DNA of 64,000 nucleotides from Mobula hypostoma (taxonomy: Eukaryota): assembly GCF_963921235.1 (NCBI RefSeq), contig NC_086108.1:78618001-78682000 (forward strand). Reading direction: 5' to 3'. Position 1 is the stretch's first letter. Each line of letters starts with the position of its first letter. The notes beneath the pieces are model-generated. The model did no database searches. It saw nothing but the letters and a program-made list of their open reading frames with translations, and had not been told where the DNA came from. Shown here in pieces: positions 37,861 to 51,500 of this stretch. A program made the translations under genes and the position numbers.

Positions 37861-40284
37861 GTGAATAATGGCCACAGATTTAACAAAATGCATCCATGCT
37901 CTATTTTTGCAGAAAATGAGTTTTTCTGTAACAGAATGTTCCTATTGCTGAGGGAGAATAGATTATTCATAAACTATTCATCATTTCTCACTACTCAATT
38001 CTGAGGCTGTAAACTTGCTTGACCACAATATGTGAGCCAGGATGACAGGCAGTCCTGAGATTTCAAACTGACCTTTTGGCTCAGAACCAAGTATTCACTC
38101 AGGCTTGCAGACTTGCCCATCTGAAATACTGAGTCCTACATCACTTACAATGACAGCCATTACCAACTAATTAAGGTGATGGCCATGAACCCATGCAATG
38201 AAAACCTTATGAAAATATCATCTAACTTTGGTCTCTGATGTCAATTTCATCCGTAATAGTATCCTGGCAGAGAGGAATTCAGCTACAGTTGTACTATAAC
38301 GTACAGTTATTCTGCAGAGTCCTTCCAGAAAGAAATAGACAATTTCCACCCAAAAATATGAAACTTAATTCATGCAAGCTTGTGAAATTCAAACAAAAAC
38401 TAATTAATGTTTCCGTAAAGTTGACAGTATAAAATTAAACATGTAACTGAGTTAACAGTGACCATCCTGACAAAGTCCTTCAAAAGGTCCTTAACCACCA
38501 AATAAACCCTTGAATTTATGCACAATACTTTACAAGTTTCCAATTTCCTATTTGGTTGAAAATTTCAACCCAGTTACCACTTTCTGTGCATATCTTTTTT
38601 TTCCAAATGCCAAGTGTATGTGTGGAATTGGAATGAACCAAGTGTATTGGGAGAATTGGTGCAATAAAAACTGATGCGACACAGGTGAAAAATAAAAGCA
38701 AAGTAAAAATGACAACTTGGGATTGCAAACACAATTGATATCTTGACTAAATTTAAAATTAAATAATCCTAGTGTTTTTTATACGAAGGATAAGTACATT
38801 GTCATGAAAATGTTAACTTCATTTTCAGGACTGATTCTCTTTCCAGAACTGTTACGGTGAATAAGTATGAGTCAGCACTCAAAGTGCGTCAAACAGGTGA
38901 GGTGAGTTGACACAGGAATAATTATTATTTTATTACTGTTATTTCTAGTACTGTCATAAAGCCAGCCTCTGTGTACTCTGCCTGTAGGCTTGTTGGCAAT
39001 TGATCATTTCAGTGCAAGTTTTTCAAAGAAGATGGGTGTTGCTGTTCTTTCAATACATAGATTTTTAATTGTTCTCAAAACAACACATTACATGCTTCTG
39101 AGGAATTCCCAGTTTGAAACCAGTGAGAATGAAATTATCAAATTTAGTGTTCCAGGTTTACATTGAATGAATTCCAATTCCTATCTGATAAATTTTCCAA
39201 GTGTATCGTAAAGACCAAGACAAAGTAAAAGTGTAAATTCCCAAAAATTCTCAAATATCACTAAAATGAGTTATGGAAGACTGTTGCATTTCAGTTTTAA
39301 AGTGTGCACTTGCTCTATCACAGGGCATGGGTAAAGAGAGTTGCCTTACGACCTGCTGCCAGTTTTTTGTGTACCACTGTGTTGTGTACCTCTTAGCTTC
39401 AGCAATAATGAGATAATGAGGGCCAAGGCACCAGCTTTCTTCCTGTCAGGTCAAAATCTCTCCATCAGCCATCCTCTGATGCACCCCAAATTGGTCAAAC
39501 ATGGAAACTGGAATCCCTCCATCCCCATACTCAATGTTGAGGAGACCCGGGGGAGGCTCGGCCCACAAAGGTGCAATGGTCAGGTCCACTTGCGTGTAAA
39601 ATGCCACGCCTGAGCTAAATCCCTGAAAGATAGGTGAAGGTCCTGTGGGTATCTTGAGAGAGAGGAAGGACAAGTGAGTAAACCCAACACAAAGTTTGGA
39701 GTGGAATCCAAAGATAGGTTGGTGCTTAACTGGGCCATCATTTCAGAAGCCAAGTAGGATAAAACAGAACTTTGCATTCATTTGGAACTAAAGGATGAGG
39801 TCAGTTTGGGGAAGTTGGCAGGTGGAAAGTCTACCTAAACAGGAAGTCACTTCAGAGCAGAGGATTAATGATACAACATGGAAAACACCAACTACAAGTA
39901 ATAAGCCTAATTTTACCAGGATAGTGAACAGAACCTGTGGGTTTTCTCTGAGAGTGGGAGGGACAGTTGTGTCCCAGCAAAATCTCACTTTAAGATGGGC
40001 AGACTCCACCTAGCAGGTGGCTGACCCATCAAAATCCCTTGACTTTAATGAGTACTACAGGATTTGTTCAGCTAGTTCACCAAGCTCACCACAGAGGGAA
40101 GTTGCCAGTTCCCTGTTGACAAGCTGGACCAACAGCACCATGTGAACAATAGACAACCAATACCTGGGGATACGCCAGAAGAGAGCTGCAGACAATCAGA
40201 ACATAATATATTGAACAAGGGTATCGGTGCCCTACAAGAGAAGGAAGCTTCTGAGAATGGAGCACTAAAGGAAAAACCTAACAT

Positions 40285-40920
40285 CCCACACAGTCAAGAA
40301 AGCTCACCAACGCCACTACTTTCGGAGAAGGCTTAAGAAAGCAGAACTTTGCACGCCCATATCCATATCATTCTACATATGTGCAGTAGACAACATCCAA
40401 TCAAGCTGCGTCACTGTCCAGTACCGACACTGCACTGCAGTGGACAGGAAGGTTCTACAATGGGTAGTCAAAACTACCCACTGGCACAAGCCTACTCGCC
40501 ATTAAGGACATAAAATATACGTAGAAATGGGCTGGAAAAAGACCAATAACATCATAAGGGATCGCTCCCACCCTGCTCATGAACGGTTTGTCCCACTCCA
40601 CTCAGGGAGGAGGCTACGTAACATCCACACCAGGACTACCAGATTCAAAAACAGTTACTTTCCCCAAGCAGTAAGCTTGATCAACGTCTCCACCCACTAA
40701 CTCCACCACTACTTTATTATTTCCTGTCAGTTACCTTATGTATGGACATACAATCAAACTAGGTATACAAGCTATCACATGTATTTATATTTATTGTATT
40801 GGTTTACAATTACTGTGTTCTTTATCTTTTGTATCTTTTTATGCTGCATTGGATCCTGAGTAACAATTATTTGGTTCTTCTTTACACTTGTGTACAGGAA
40901 ATGACATTAAACAATCTTGA
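40285..40920 (+). mobile_element. Rex1/Babar 3' fragment
   Basis: LRRLKKAEL...HPAHERFVPLHSGRRLRNI...FKNSYFPQAV; tail gaaatgacattaaacaatcttga. Confidence 0.75.
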
Positions 40921-41654
40921 ACAATATGTTCATTTGGCAGTGAAGCAGTTCACAGGAAATTTGTGAGCAAAACATAGACTTAGCTGTGTAGAGCTTGCTT
41001 CTTTCAACAATAGAGCTCTGAATAAAAGGTTTGAATTGTCTTCTGTTTTCCTTTCAACCAAACAATGGTGAATTTGACATCCAAGAAACATGACACTGTC
41101 TTCAGTGAAATTCCCAAGACAAACAATTTTACCTACAAGGGGCAGATCTTGAAGCCTGGGTAACTTTGATGTTTTCATCCAAAGTAGAACAGCCTTCCTT
41201 ACGTTAAGATCAGCTGTACAGCCGACAAAACCAAATAAAAACCATTTTGTGCTCTCTGGCATTCCTGTACCAAGGTGGATATAATTCAAAACACAATTTA
41301 CAACAAACATGCACGGTTGATGAATGGAAAATCAGTTCTGATGTAAATCTTGACTAGCCACGTTAATTCTGTTTCTCTTCCTGCAGATGTTGCCTGATCT
41401 GTTGAAGATTTCTTAAATACTCTGGTTTTATTTCTGACTTTTAGCATCTACAAACCTTTTGCAACAAACAGAAAATGTTAACTAGTTTCTCAGTCAATAT
41501 GGCTTTCATTTAAGCTACATTATGTGTCCTTGTCAGCTACAAGAGATCTGAAGTGAAAAGACACTGGATGGACTCAGTCACTGTAATATAAAGATTACAA
41601 ATACTATCACAGATTACTTAGAAAAGAGCTGGCAACAATTGTAAGTTTTGGAGG

Positions 41655-42647
41655 AGGTAGCGGTTAGTGCAATGCTGTTACAGCTCAGGGCGTTAAGGTT
41701 CGGAGTTCAATTCCGGCATCATCCGTGAGGAGATTGAACGTCATTCCCGTGGAATGCATAGACCTTCCTCAGGCGCTCCAGTTTCCTACCACAGTTCAAG
41801 GACATACCTGGTAGGTTGATTAGTCACTATAAATAGTCCCATGATTAAGTTAGGGTTAAAATCGCGGTTATATAGAAACATAGAAAACCTACAGCACAAT
41901 ACAGGCCCGTCGGCCCACAAAGTTGTGCCGAACATGTCCCTACCTTAGAAACTACTAGGTTTACCTATAGCCCTCTATTTTTCTAAGCTCCATGTACCTA
42001 TCCAAAAGTCTCTTAAAAGACCCTATCGTATCCACCTCCACCACCATTGCTGGCAGCCCATTGCACGCACTTACCACTCTCTGAGTAAAAAACTTACCCC
42101 TGACATCTCCTCTGTACCTACTCCCCAGCAGCTTAAACTTGTGTCCTCCTGTAGCAACCATTTCAGCCCTGGGAAAAAGCCTACGACTATCCACACAATC
42201 AATGCCTCTCATCATCTTATACACCTCCATCAGGTCACCTCTCATCCTCCGTCGCTCCAAGGAGAAAAGGTCGAGTTCACTCAACCTATTCTTATAAGGC
42301 ATGCTCCCCAATCCAGGCAACATCCTTGTAAATCTCCTCTGCACCCTTTCTATGGCTTCCACATCCTTCCTGTAGTGAGGCGACCAGAACTGAGCACAGT
42401 ACTTCAAGTGGGGTCTGATCAGGGTCCTATATAGCTGCAACATTAGCTCTCAGCACCTAAATTCAATTCTACAATTGATGAAGGCCAATACACCATACGC
42501 CTTCTTAACCACAGAGTCAACCTACGCAGCAGCTTTGAGCGTCCTATGGACTCGGACCCCAAGACTGTTGGGGGCTGCTGACGCCATGCGGCTTGAAGGA
42601 CCAGAAGGGCTTATTCTGCGCTATATCACTAAATAAAATAAATAAAC
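41655..42647 (+). mobile_element. tRNA-derived V-type (HE1-like) SINE split by a CR1 insertion
   Basis: A-box-like gtagcggttagtgc, B-box gagttcaattcc, V-domain ttcctcaggcgctccagtttcctaccacagttcaaggac. Resumes at about 42565 and ends aaataaaataaataaa. Confidence 0.7.
41871..42563 (-). mobile_element. CR1 3' fragment
   Basis: ORF 41961-42443 LQLYRTLIRPHLKYCAQFWSPHYRKDVEAIERVQRRFTRM; tail tagaaacatagaaaacc. Confidence 0.92.
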
Positions 42648-43414
42648 TAATAAGATTTGCGCCTTCTTATCCCACAGCTTCAATCTGCAGAACAGTGTGG
42701 CAGAGACTGCATACCAGAGCAAGCATCCAACCCATGTCAGATGATGTGTAGTATGGAGTTAACAACTAATGCACAAGCATTTTCCAGAGAATGAAAAGCT
42801 GCCAACCAAGCATGCTGTTAATAAAAACAGAAAATTTTGGGAACACTCAGCAGGTCATGGAGCAGCTGAGAAAAAAGAAACAGTTAAAGATCCTGAGAAC
42901 ACAGTCTGCCATTCACTGTGGGAGGCCACCTAAGAGAGTTGCTTTGAAAGGTAACCAGCAATTGCTTCTCTTGATACTGGTGCAACAAAACCCATTAAAC
43001 AATGCAACATCACTGATACTTTAAGCCAATGAAACCAACAGGGACTGTGTTATCCTGCTTCTGTACCATTGTAACCAGACCAGAAGAAGACAATAAATAG
43101 ATATTCCTATCAATTGGCCTTCATCAACACTATTTGCTTCAATACTGAGGAGATATGGTTTCCATTTTGTGCCTTTTCTGACTTACAAAACAAACAAAAT
43201 TAACATATGTATGGATGCTTGTAAAAATGGAAATGATTTGTAACATAGGAAGATCGATCATGATCTTGATGAATGACTGAGCAGACTTGAAGTACCATAT
43301 GGCCCAATCCCGCTCCAAATTCTCTTCAAAGTGATTCATTTTTATACTTACCTTTCGACACAACACCAAAATGCATGCTGGTTCTGTAGATGAAAACTTT
43401 GTGGCCTCCATCAA

Positions 43415-43755
43415 TTTTTTTTCGCCGTGTGCCTGCGTGCATGCGAGTCTGTGCGTGTGTCTGTGTGTGCTTCGTGCGTGTGTATCTGCGTGTCCGTGCG
43501 TGCGTCCGTGGTGATGGATTTTTCATGACTTTTTTTTACAAGGCGCAGAGCGAGAGAGAGACTGTGTGGCGCACCACTCCTCACACAGGCATTTTCGCAG
43601 TATTTTCCCTTTGTTTTACAAGGTCGAGTTGCAGTCTCGACACTCAACCCGGCACAGATGGAAAGCCTGCGCGGGGGCGGACCGGACTAGTTTTGAACCC
43701 AGGAACCTCTGCTCCCGGGTCTGGCGCCGATGTCGTTGCACCACCAGCTGGCCCC
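43415..43755 (-). mobile_element. tRNA-derived SINE with a CA/GCAC-rich tail
   Basis: Minus strand gggccagctggtggtgcaacg (A-box-like)...gggttcaaaact (B-box-like)...gggttgagtgtcgagactgcaactcgaccttgtaaaa...gcacacggcgaaaaaaaa. Possible TSD tcaatt. Confidence 0.65.
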
Positions 43756-44004
43756 CAAGTCAATTATTGAGATCCTGGAGTGTGCTAAGTGCATCATCTG
43801 AGGCATTGCTATGTCAACAATGCTTGCAATACATTAGCTACATTCATCTAACACGTAACAGTCTTATTCAAGGGGAAATTCTGAGTAGCAAACAAGGCAC
43901 TGTGTCATGATCTGCTGGATATTCATAACATGTCCTTATGTCCTTGTAGGTGAAAAGTGGAGATCTCAAGATTACTTGAATTGGCATAAAGGAGGGAGGT
44001 TCAA

Positions 44005-44840
44005 AATCTGGTTGAATGGTGCCACAAAATACAAAATCTCACTCAATGTCAGCAAAATGGCAGATTATTGACTACAGGAGGAGGAAATCAGAGATCCTGG
44101 ACCAGTCCTATTAGGAAATCAGAGGTGGAGAGGGTCAGTAACTTTAAATTCCTTGGTGTTATAATTTCAGAGGATCTGTCCTGGGCCGAGCATGTAAGTG
44201 CCGTTTCAAAAAAGACAAGGCAGCACCTCTTAAATATTCACGCAGGTTTGGCATGTCACCTTAAACTTTGATAATCTTCTATACCTGCACAGTGGAGGTA
44301 TCCTGATTGTTTGCATTGGCCTGGGATGGAAACAACGATGGCCAACAGTGAAACCCAACCATTCAGAACAAGGAGCGATGCCACAAGAAATCAGCACCCA
44401 TCAAAAAGAACCAGGCCATTCTTGTCTCCCACTGTTGCCATAGGGAAGGAGCCTCCTTCGTTAGATCTCCTTGGGTTCCATACCACCAGCTTCAGAAACA
44501 GTTATTACCCTTTAACTATCAGGCTCCTGAACCAACATGGATAACTTCACTCACCTCAACATGAAGCTGATTCCACAAACTATGGACTCACTGTCAAGGA
44601 TTCCAGGACTCATGTTCTCAGTATTATTTATTTACTGTTTATTTATAAATATATATATATCTTTTGGTATTTTCACAACTTGTCTTCTTTTGCATATTGG
44701 TTGTTTGTCAGTTTTTGTCTATGTGTATTCTTCATTGATTCTATTGTGTTTCTTTGTTCTATTGTAAATGCTTGCAAGAAAATGAATCTCAGAGTAGTTT
44801 ATGGTGACTTTAATGATAAATTTACTTTGAAATTTGAATT
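44005..44840 (+). mobile_element. Rex1/Babar 3' part
   Basis: SEVERVSNFKFLGVIISEDLSW; SFRNSYYPLTIRLLN; tail aaatttactttgaaatttgaa. Confidence 0.8.
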
Positions 44841-46057
44841 GCATCACAATCATAGAACCTCAGACAACATGACTGCATTATCTTCACCCAAAGACTTGCA
44901 GATGGCAGCTCAGCACCAGCGTCTCAGGTAGGTGATGCTGACCTTACCACTAACAGAGGCATCAAGTTAGACAGTACAGAATCAAGTCCTTGAGCCAGCC
45001 TTATCTATGGAGATAAAAAAAATAAAAGAAGAAATAAAACTAACTGAGAACGAAATTGCATCAGATGTGCTCAGACACATTAAAAAGCCAAAAGTCAAGA
45101 GATGTAAACTGGGTGTGCAATAGAATAACTTGAGAACAGAAGTCTGAGATAAAAGGTAAAGGTATTAGCTGTAAAATTCCCTAAAAAGCAAACCAGTTTA
45201 TCCGTAATGACTTATGATCGCCAACCCTCATGGGTAATGTGCTTTGTAGGATCATTTTGAATAGATTGAAACAGCTGTTGCACTCAAGAAGATTAAGCTC
45301 ATTTTCATCTTGAAGGTTGTTATGTTATGTTCAGGCAATTGTTCTCTCAAGAAGATTTATCAAGTTTTACTGCACCAGTTTAATATCTATTTTAAAACCT
45401 GTCAAAGGCCCCCTGGAAGATCCTGAGGAACAATGGAATTCCATGAATGCTACGTGACCGAAGTTTTGGGTGATGTATTTAGCTGCATTGGGTTCAGAGG
45501 AGTAATGCGTGTATCTGAAAGGTGTGTGTGTGTGATCCCCATCTCTCTTCTGCAACAGTCTTTGCTATAGCTACGCATCTTGGGATGCCTGAGTAAGCAG
45601 GTGCCTTTGGAATCTGGAGAAGCTATTTTAGCAAATATGAGAATATTCATTCTGAACATGAAAGTTAAAGATGACAAACTAATACCCATTTCAGTACAGA
45701 ACATACCTTCGAGATGGGGAGAATACTGAGAAGTACAGTATGAAAGTGAAAATGTGAAGTATAATACCTTGCAACCATACGAAAGAGGTGAAAATAAAGT
45801 CTGAAGAAACAAATGCACAGTAAAATGAGACTGCTCAATACATTCCCAGAACACAGATGGACACAGGAAGCACACAACAGGAAGATGAAATTAATCTCTT
45901 CAACTTGCTAATTAATACATCAACAAACTTCATGTTGTACAAATCAGTGACAATAAATCTGATTCTAAATTATAAACACTGCAGATGCTGGTTAATGTTT
46001 CAGGTCGACCTTCAACCTGAACTGTTAATGCTGTTTCTCCTACCACAGATGCTGCCT

Positions 46058-46919
46058 GACCACGACTGTGTGGCTGGGCACAGCTCAAACGCCCTCTATA
46101 AATTTGCCCATGACACAACTATTGCTGGCAGAATTTCAGATGGTGACAAGGAGGCGTACAGGAGTGAGATAGATCAGCTGGTTGGGTGCTGTTGCAGCAA
46201 CCACCTTGCATTCAATGCCAGTAAGGCCAAAAAATTGATTGTGGACTTCAGGAAGGAGAAGTCGAGGAAACACAGACCTGTCCTCATACAGGGATCAGCA
46301 ATGGAAAAGGCGAGCTGTTTCCTTGGCATCAATATTTCTAAAGATCTATCCTGGTCCCAACATATTGATGCAATTACAAAGTGGCTGTACTTCATTAGGG
46401 ATTGGATGAACATTGGTATGTCACCAAAGACATTCATAAAGTTCTACAGATGTATCATGAAGAGCATTCTGACTGATTGCTTCACCATCTGCTGTGCAAG
46501 GACCATTGCACAGGATTGGAAAAAGCTGCAGAAAGTTGTAATCTCAGCCAGTTCCATCGTGGGCACTAGCCTCCCTAGCATTCACGACACCTTCAAAAGG
46601 TGGTGCATCAAAAAGGTGGTATCCATCATTAAGGATTTTCATCACTCAGAAAGTGGCCTCTACCATCACAGCAGAGGTACCGGAGCTTGAAGACACACAC
46701 TCAATGTTTCAGGAATAATTTCTTTCCCTCTGCCATCAGATTTCTGAATGGACAATGAACCCATGAACACCATCTCACTACTTTTTCCCCTCTCTTCCTG
46801 CATTTCTTTTTGTAATTTATAGTTTTTATTATATACTGTAATGTACTGCTGCCACAAATCAACAAATTTCGCGACGTATGCCAGTGATTTTAAACCTGAT
46901 TCGTATTCTGATTCTGAAT
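46058..46919 (+). mobile_element. Rex1/Babar 3' part (RT C-half)
   Basis: HDCVAGHSSNALYKFAHDTTIAGRISDGDKEAYRSE...; tail aaacctgattcgtattctgattctgaat. Confidence 0.88.
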
Positions 46920-47580
46920 CCAGTATCTTCTGTTTTAAATATTATTTCATTGAAGAGATTATGTCACCAGGGAACTGCACTGGTTAACGGGCCATGGATG
47001 AAATACAAAGTGAGAGGTTGCAGTGGTCAGGTCATTTCACCAGACTATCCAGTGGTGGAAGCAAAAAGGAAAGAGGGATCTCATTTCTACTAGAAGCCAG
47101 AGGGGATGTTCAAGGAGAAAGAATGGCCTGTTGTAGATTTAGCAACAAGAACACTGGCAATATGAATAAAGCTGAATGTGTCTCTCGGTGAGGGAAACTG
47201 ACAAAATCAAGATGTATTGAAAACTTGTGTTAAGTCAATCAATTTAGTTCCAAGGAGGCAAAAATGCAATAGAGCCAAGGTATAACAACAAGACAATTTG
47301 TTGTTATTTTAAATATCCCTCCATATCCTATGAATTCTTCAAATTAACCAGCATGACTCAAGTGGTTACCAATCCCATTCACATAGGGTGCTTCTAGATC
47401 CGACTTTTCATACTCCAATGGCTCTGAAAGTATATAATTTGCCACTTTTATGCATGTGCCATATTATTGAGAAATAGAAACATCAAAGTTTGAAGTAAAT
47501 TTATTAATAAAGTACATATATATCACCATATACACCCCGAGCTTTACTTTCTCGTGTGCATACTCAATAAATCAATAACC

Positions 47581-48522
47581 AAAGATGCTGCTGGCTCTGG
47601 AGGACCTGAGTTATAGGGAAAGACTGAATACGTTTGGACTGTATTCTTTCAAACATAGAAGATTGAGAGGAGATTTGATAGAGGTGTACAAAAAGTACAT
47701 GAAAGCACAGAGGAACATCTGGAGAAATTTCTGAAATGCTCGCTCGCTGCTGTCGTTACTGCGTGGTTGGGAATCTTTCGGAGGGTAGGCCTCAAAATCC
47801 CCGGCTTTGCCAGCTGTTGGCGACAGAGGTTGAGGTCGAATCGTACGGACAGAGATGGCGCTCAGTACTCGGTGTCGGAGAGCTGATCAGAGCTCAAAGT
47901 TTTCGGATGACTCAGAGTCGGACCGTGGTCAGCATGGCAGGGAGAGTTCTTCCTTCTCCCGTCTGCGTGAGATGTGGGACATTTGAGAGACTCTGAACTT
48001 TTACTGTGCTCATGGACTTCTTCATCAAGTTATGGTATTGTTGCAGTGTTGTAACTATATGTTATAATTATGTGGTTTTGTCAGTTTTTTCAGTCTTGGT
48101 TTGTCCTGTGTTTTGTGGTATCACATCGGAGGAAATCTTGTATCATTTCTTAATGCATGCATTACTAAATGACAATAAAAGAGGACTACGTGTCTTCATA
48201 ATCTAAAATTATGAGAGGTAATGACAGGGTAAATGCAAACAGGGTTTTTCCACTGAGGTTGGGTGAGACTACAACCAGAGGGCATGGGTTAAGGGTGAAA
48301 GGTGATAAGGGAAACATGAGGCAAAGCTTCTTCACTCAGAGGGCTGTGACAGCACAAACAGTGCATGTGACCTCGATTTCGTTTAAGGGAAGTCTGGATA
48401 GGTACATGGATAGTAGGGGTATGGAGCACTATGGTCCTGATGCAGGTTGATGGGAGTAGGCAGTTTAAATGGTTTTGGTATGGACTAGATGCCTGTTTCT
48501 GTGCTGTACTTCTCTATGACTC
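47581..48522 (+). mobile_element. CR1 3' fragment, split by a SINE-like insert
   Basis: gatttgatagaggtgtacaaaa|insert|aaaattatgagaggtaatgacaggg restores DLIEVYKIMRG. Confidence 0.8.
47694..48204 (+). mobile_element. Unclassified non-coding retroposon (SINE-like), about 510 bp
   Basis: Cleanly interrupts a CR1 with an AAAA TSD. CpG-rich 5' half, AT-rich 3' half, AATAAA, then the tail gaggactacgtgtcttcataatct. Confidence 0.7.
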
Positions 48523-51500
48523 TAACAGTAATAAAATCAGTGAAAGACAGCACCAACTTGGGCATTCAACCAGTATGCAAATCACAACAAACTGTGCAAA
48601 CACAAAAATAAAGAAATAATAGTAATAAATAAATAAGCTATAAATATCGAGAACATGAGATGAAGAGTCCTTGAAAGTAAGTCCCTAGGTTGTGGGAATA
48701 TTTCAATGATGGGGCAAGTGAAGTTGAGTGAAGTTATCCCCTCCGGTTCAAGAGCCTGATGGCTGAGAGTTAATTAATCTTCATAATCCTGGTGCTGAGA
48801 GTCCTGAGGCTCCAGTACCTTCTTCCCGATGGCAACAGCGAGAAGAGAGCATGGCCTAGGTGGTGTAGGTCCCTGATGATGGATGCTGCTTTCTTTTGAC
48901 AATGCTTCATCTAGATGTGCTCAATGGTGGAGAGGTTCTTTACCCATGATGGACTGGGCAGAATGCAGCAAGTCAGTATAATCTCCACTACACTTCTATA
49001 GAGTTTTAGATGTCATACAGAATCTCTGCAAACTCCTATGGAAATAGAGGCACTGCCGCGCTTTCCTCGTAATTGTACTTATGTGCTCGGCCCAGGGCAG
49101 GTCTTCCAAAATGATAATAAAGAGAAATTTGAAGTTACTGACCCTCTCCACCTCTGGTCCTCCAATGCAGACTAGCTCATGGACCTCTGGTTTCCTCCTC
49201 CTGGTGTCAGGATGAAATCAGAGGTCCATGAGCCAGTAAGTACATAGAGGTGAGAAAATAAGAGGTGGTAGAACCAATTGCTCCAGTCTAAAGGCTTGAC
49301 AGAGTGCTTTTTACACTGTGTGTTTCAGTGAATGTTTACGTTCGGTGGCTACTTTATTAGATCCAGAAGGGGCACACATGGTGTAATGTTAAACTTGTCT
49401 GCCCTTCAGAGTGATGATCAGTATGTGGATCCAGAACTCAACCGCTGGCCAATTTGAACAATATGCAATGGAAGCCAAAGCCCAGGTAATATCTTATGAT
49501 GATTCAAACCACAGAATCGCTTAGCACAAAATCATCTTCAGAGTTATAGGTCTTTGCTCAGTTGCAAAAATTTACTGAAAGCAGCCTGCACAAACTGGGG
49601 TGGTGAGCCCCATAACCCATCAGCAGACACAGTTTCATATGCATTTCACCTGTATTTGAGTTGCTGCAAATCCTTCCACAAGTTCCACACTGTTATAGGA
49701 GTGCACTGTGTGTTGCAAATTTTTATCTGCTGCAATTGGCTATTGAGAAGCTGCAAATGTTTGCTAAAAATAGAATCTGTCGCTTAACAAAATACAGCAT
49801 CCGGAAAAGACAATTGGCAATCCTCGTTGATCCCAAATTTTCCAATGAACATCATTTGTATTTTGAAGGAGAATCGATGTAGCCAATATAATTGGCCACA
49901 GGGTAAACAGAATACTCGGATTCTACAGAAGAAGGCACAATTGCTGACACAGTCACAATAATCTGCTTGTTCAGCCTCCAGTCCTGCCTCTATTACACAG
50001 TCGGTGGAAACCTCGCCAGGACTGAACACAGTGCGAAGGAAAGGAATGTGCCTACAGCTGGCACTCCTGATGCCAGATGATCGTTATCGCATATACAGTG
50101 CACAGCAGGGGATAAACATAAATATATTCATCAGATGAGGATTAAAGCATTCCTTCTTCTTTTTGTCTCATTAGGTCATACTGAGAACTCCCTCCAGGTC
50201 AGAAGAGGCACTACCCTGGCAGAGTTTGGAATTACCTCCGGCTGCCAAACACGATTTTTATGTAATAAGACTGCAATTTCTACTGAATAAATCAAACATC
50301 TCAATCTGCATTGCGATGGGTCTTATGACCTTGCAGAGTGGAGGGAGAATCCATTTGTTGCCAAGAACTCACATCAAAATGAAATAGGAAATTTGGCTTA
50401 AACTCTCCAGCTGGGGACCATTACAGCTTAAGAAATCTTTTACAGTATTTATGAGCAGAGCTGAACAAGTATTTTGAGAAAGAATACTATTAAAGAACAC
50501 AAATATTACATAGCATACATAAAGGAATTAACATAGTACAGTCTATAGACTGACTGGTTTCCTTTGAGTTATAATCCAAGAAAGCAAACAAGCAATGATA
50601 CTTGCCTACCAAAAAAGTCATGAAATATGCTCATTGACACCAAATACTTGAACCCATCTGCACTATCACTATAAAAACACACAGTACCTACATCTTTAAC
50701 AAGATCTAGCTTGATGTGGAGTCTATTGTTTGAGGCAGAAGGCAAACATAAGTTGACCTATTCTTCTTTTGATCTCTAAGCAATAAGGACATAAAAAGCA
50801 AATCTTTGCATAAATCTAAGCATCACTTTCAGAAATAATTTGCTTCTCACTGGTGACCAATTGCTCTGCTCTCATTGCTGTGCCAACTGATTCACTTAAT
50901 GCTCTGTGCCTTGTCCCATTGCTATGATGCTGCAAGACATTTTTGCTCAATGGCCCCCAGTGAACGAGTGAGTGTCTGTTTATTGAAGATGTATCTTCTG
51001 TGATATCTGATGAAAAATCTCCAGTCTAACAACCTGCATGTCCTTATCAAATCACATTAAAAATGCTTCAAAAAATTGCAAGGCAGTTTCTTGAGCAGAA
51101 CTGAAAATGAATTATGGCAAAAGTATTCGGTCAACCCTGGAAGTAACTGAAAGATAGATATGCTCCAACCCAAAGATACTGTACCTTCAACAGCAAACCA
51201 GATTGGCCAGCTCAACATTGTACTCCCCTCTAAGAGAATCAAGCTGTAATTCTCACCAGTGCAGATGCAGTCGCAATAACTGTTTCTGTCAAGCCAGACA
51301 CAGAAGTGGAGGAAATGGGGCAAAAGGATTAGCCATGCCTGAATATCCAATTTAAACACAGAGCAGGTTTCATTCTGGGTCAATGTATTTCTTGGAGGGA
51401 AAGCACATGAAGACACTATTGACCAGATTGAGGCAGCAGAATTTAAAAACTCTTTTCGAACGCGTGCCACTTTAGGCTAATTTGGCAAATCAACAGGGTG

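Larger units (their letters stand above)
47481..49205 (-). mobile_element. Rex1/Babar 3' part, split by a CR1 (47581-48522)
   Basis: Tail aaagtttgaagtaaatttattaataaagtac at 47481-47580. Resumes near 48524 and runs through aaatttgaagttactgaccctctccacctctg. Confidence 0.75.

Noticed and set aside
41655..41720. tRNA gene
   Set aside because: A and B boxes are present, but there is no cloverleaf and the sequence continues into a V-SINE body.
43352..43383. 32-nt minus-strand exon candidate (ctacag|...aaag|gtaagt)
   Set aside because: The peptide is unrecognisable, no partner exons were found, and a SINE sits about 30 nt from the acceptor; consistent with chance.
45857..46690. 277-aa ORF as a host gene
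   Set aside because: From HDCVAGHSS onward it is Rex RT with a mutated FADD (FAHD). The N-terminus is chance read-through of flanking DNA and a Penelope remnant.
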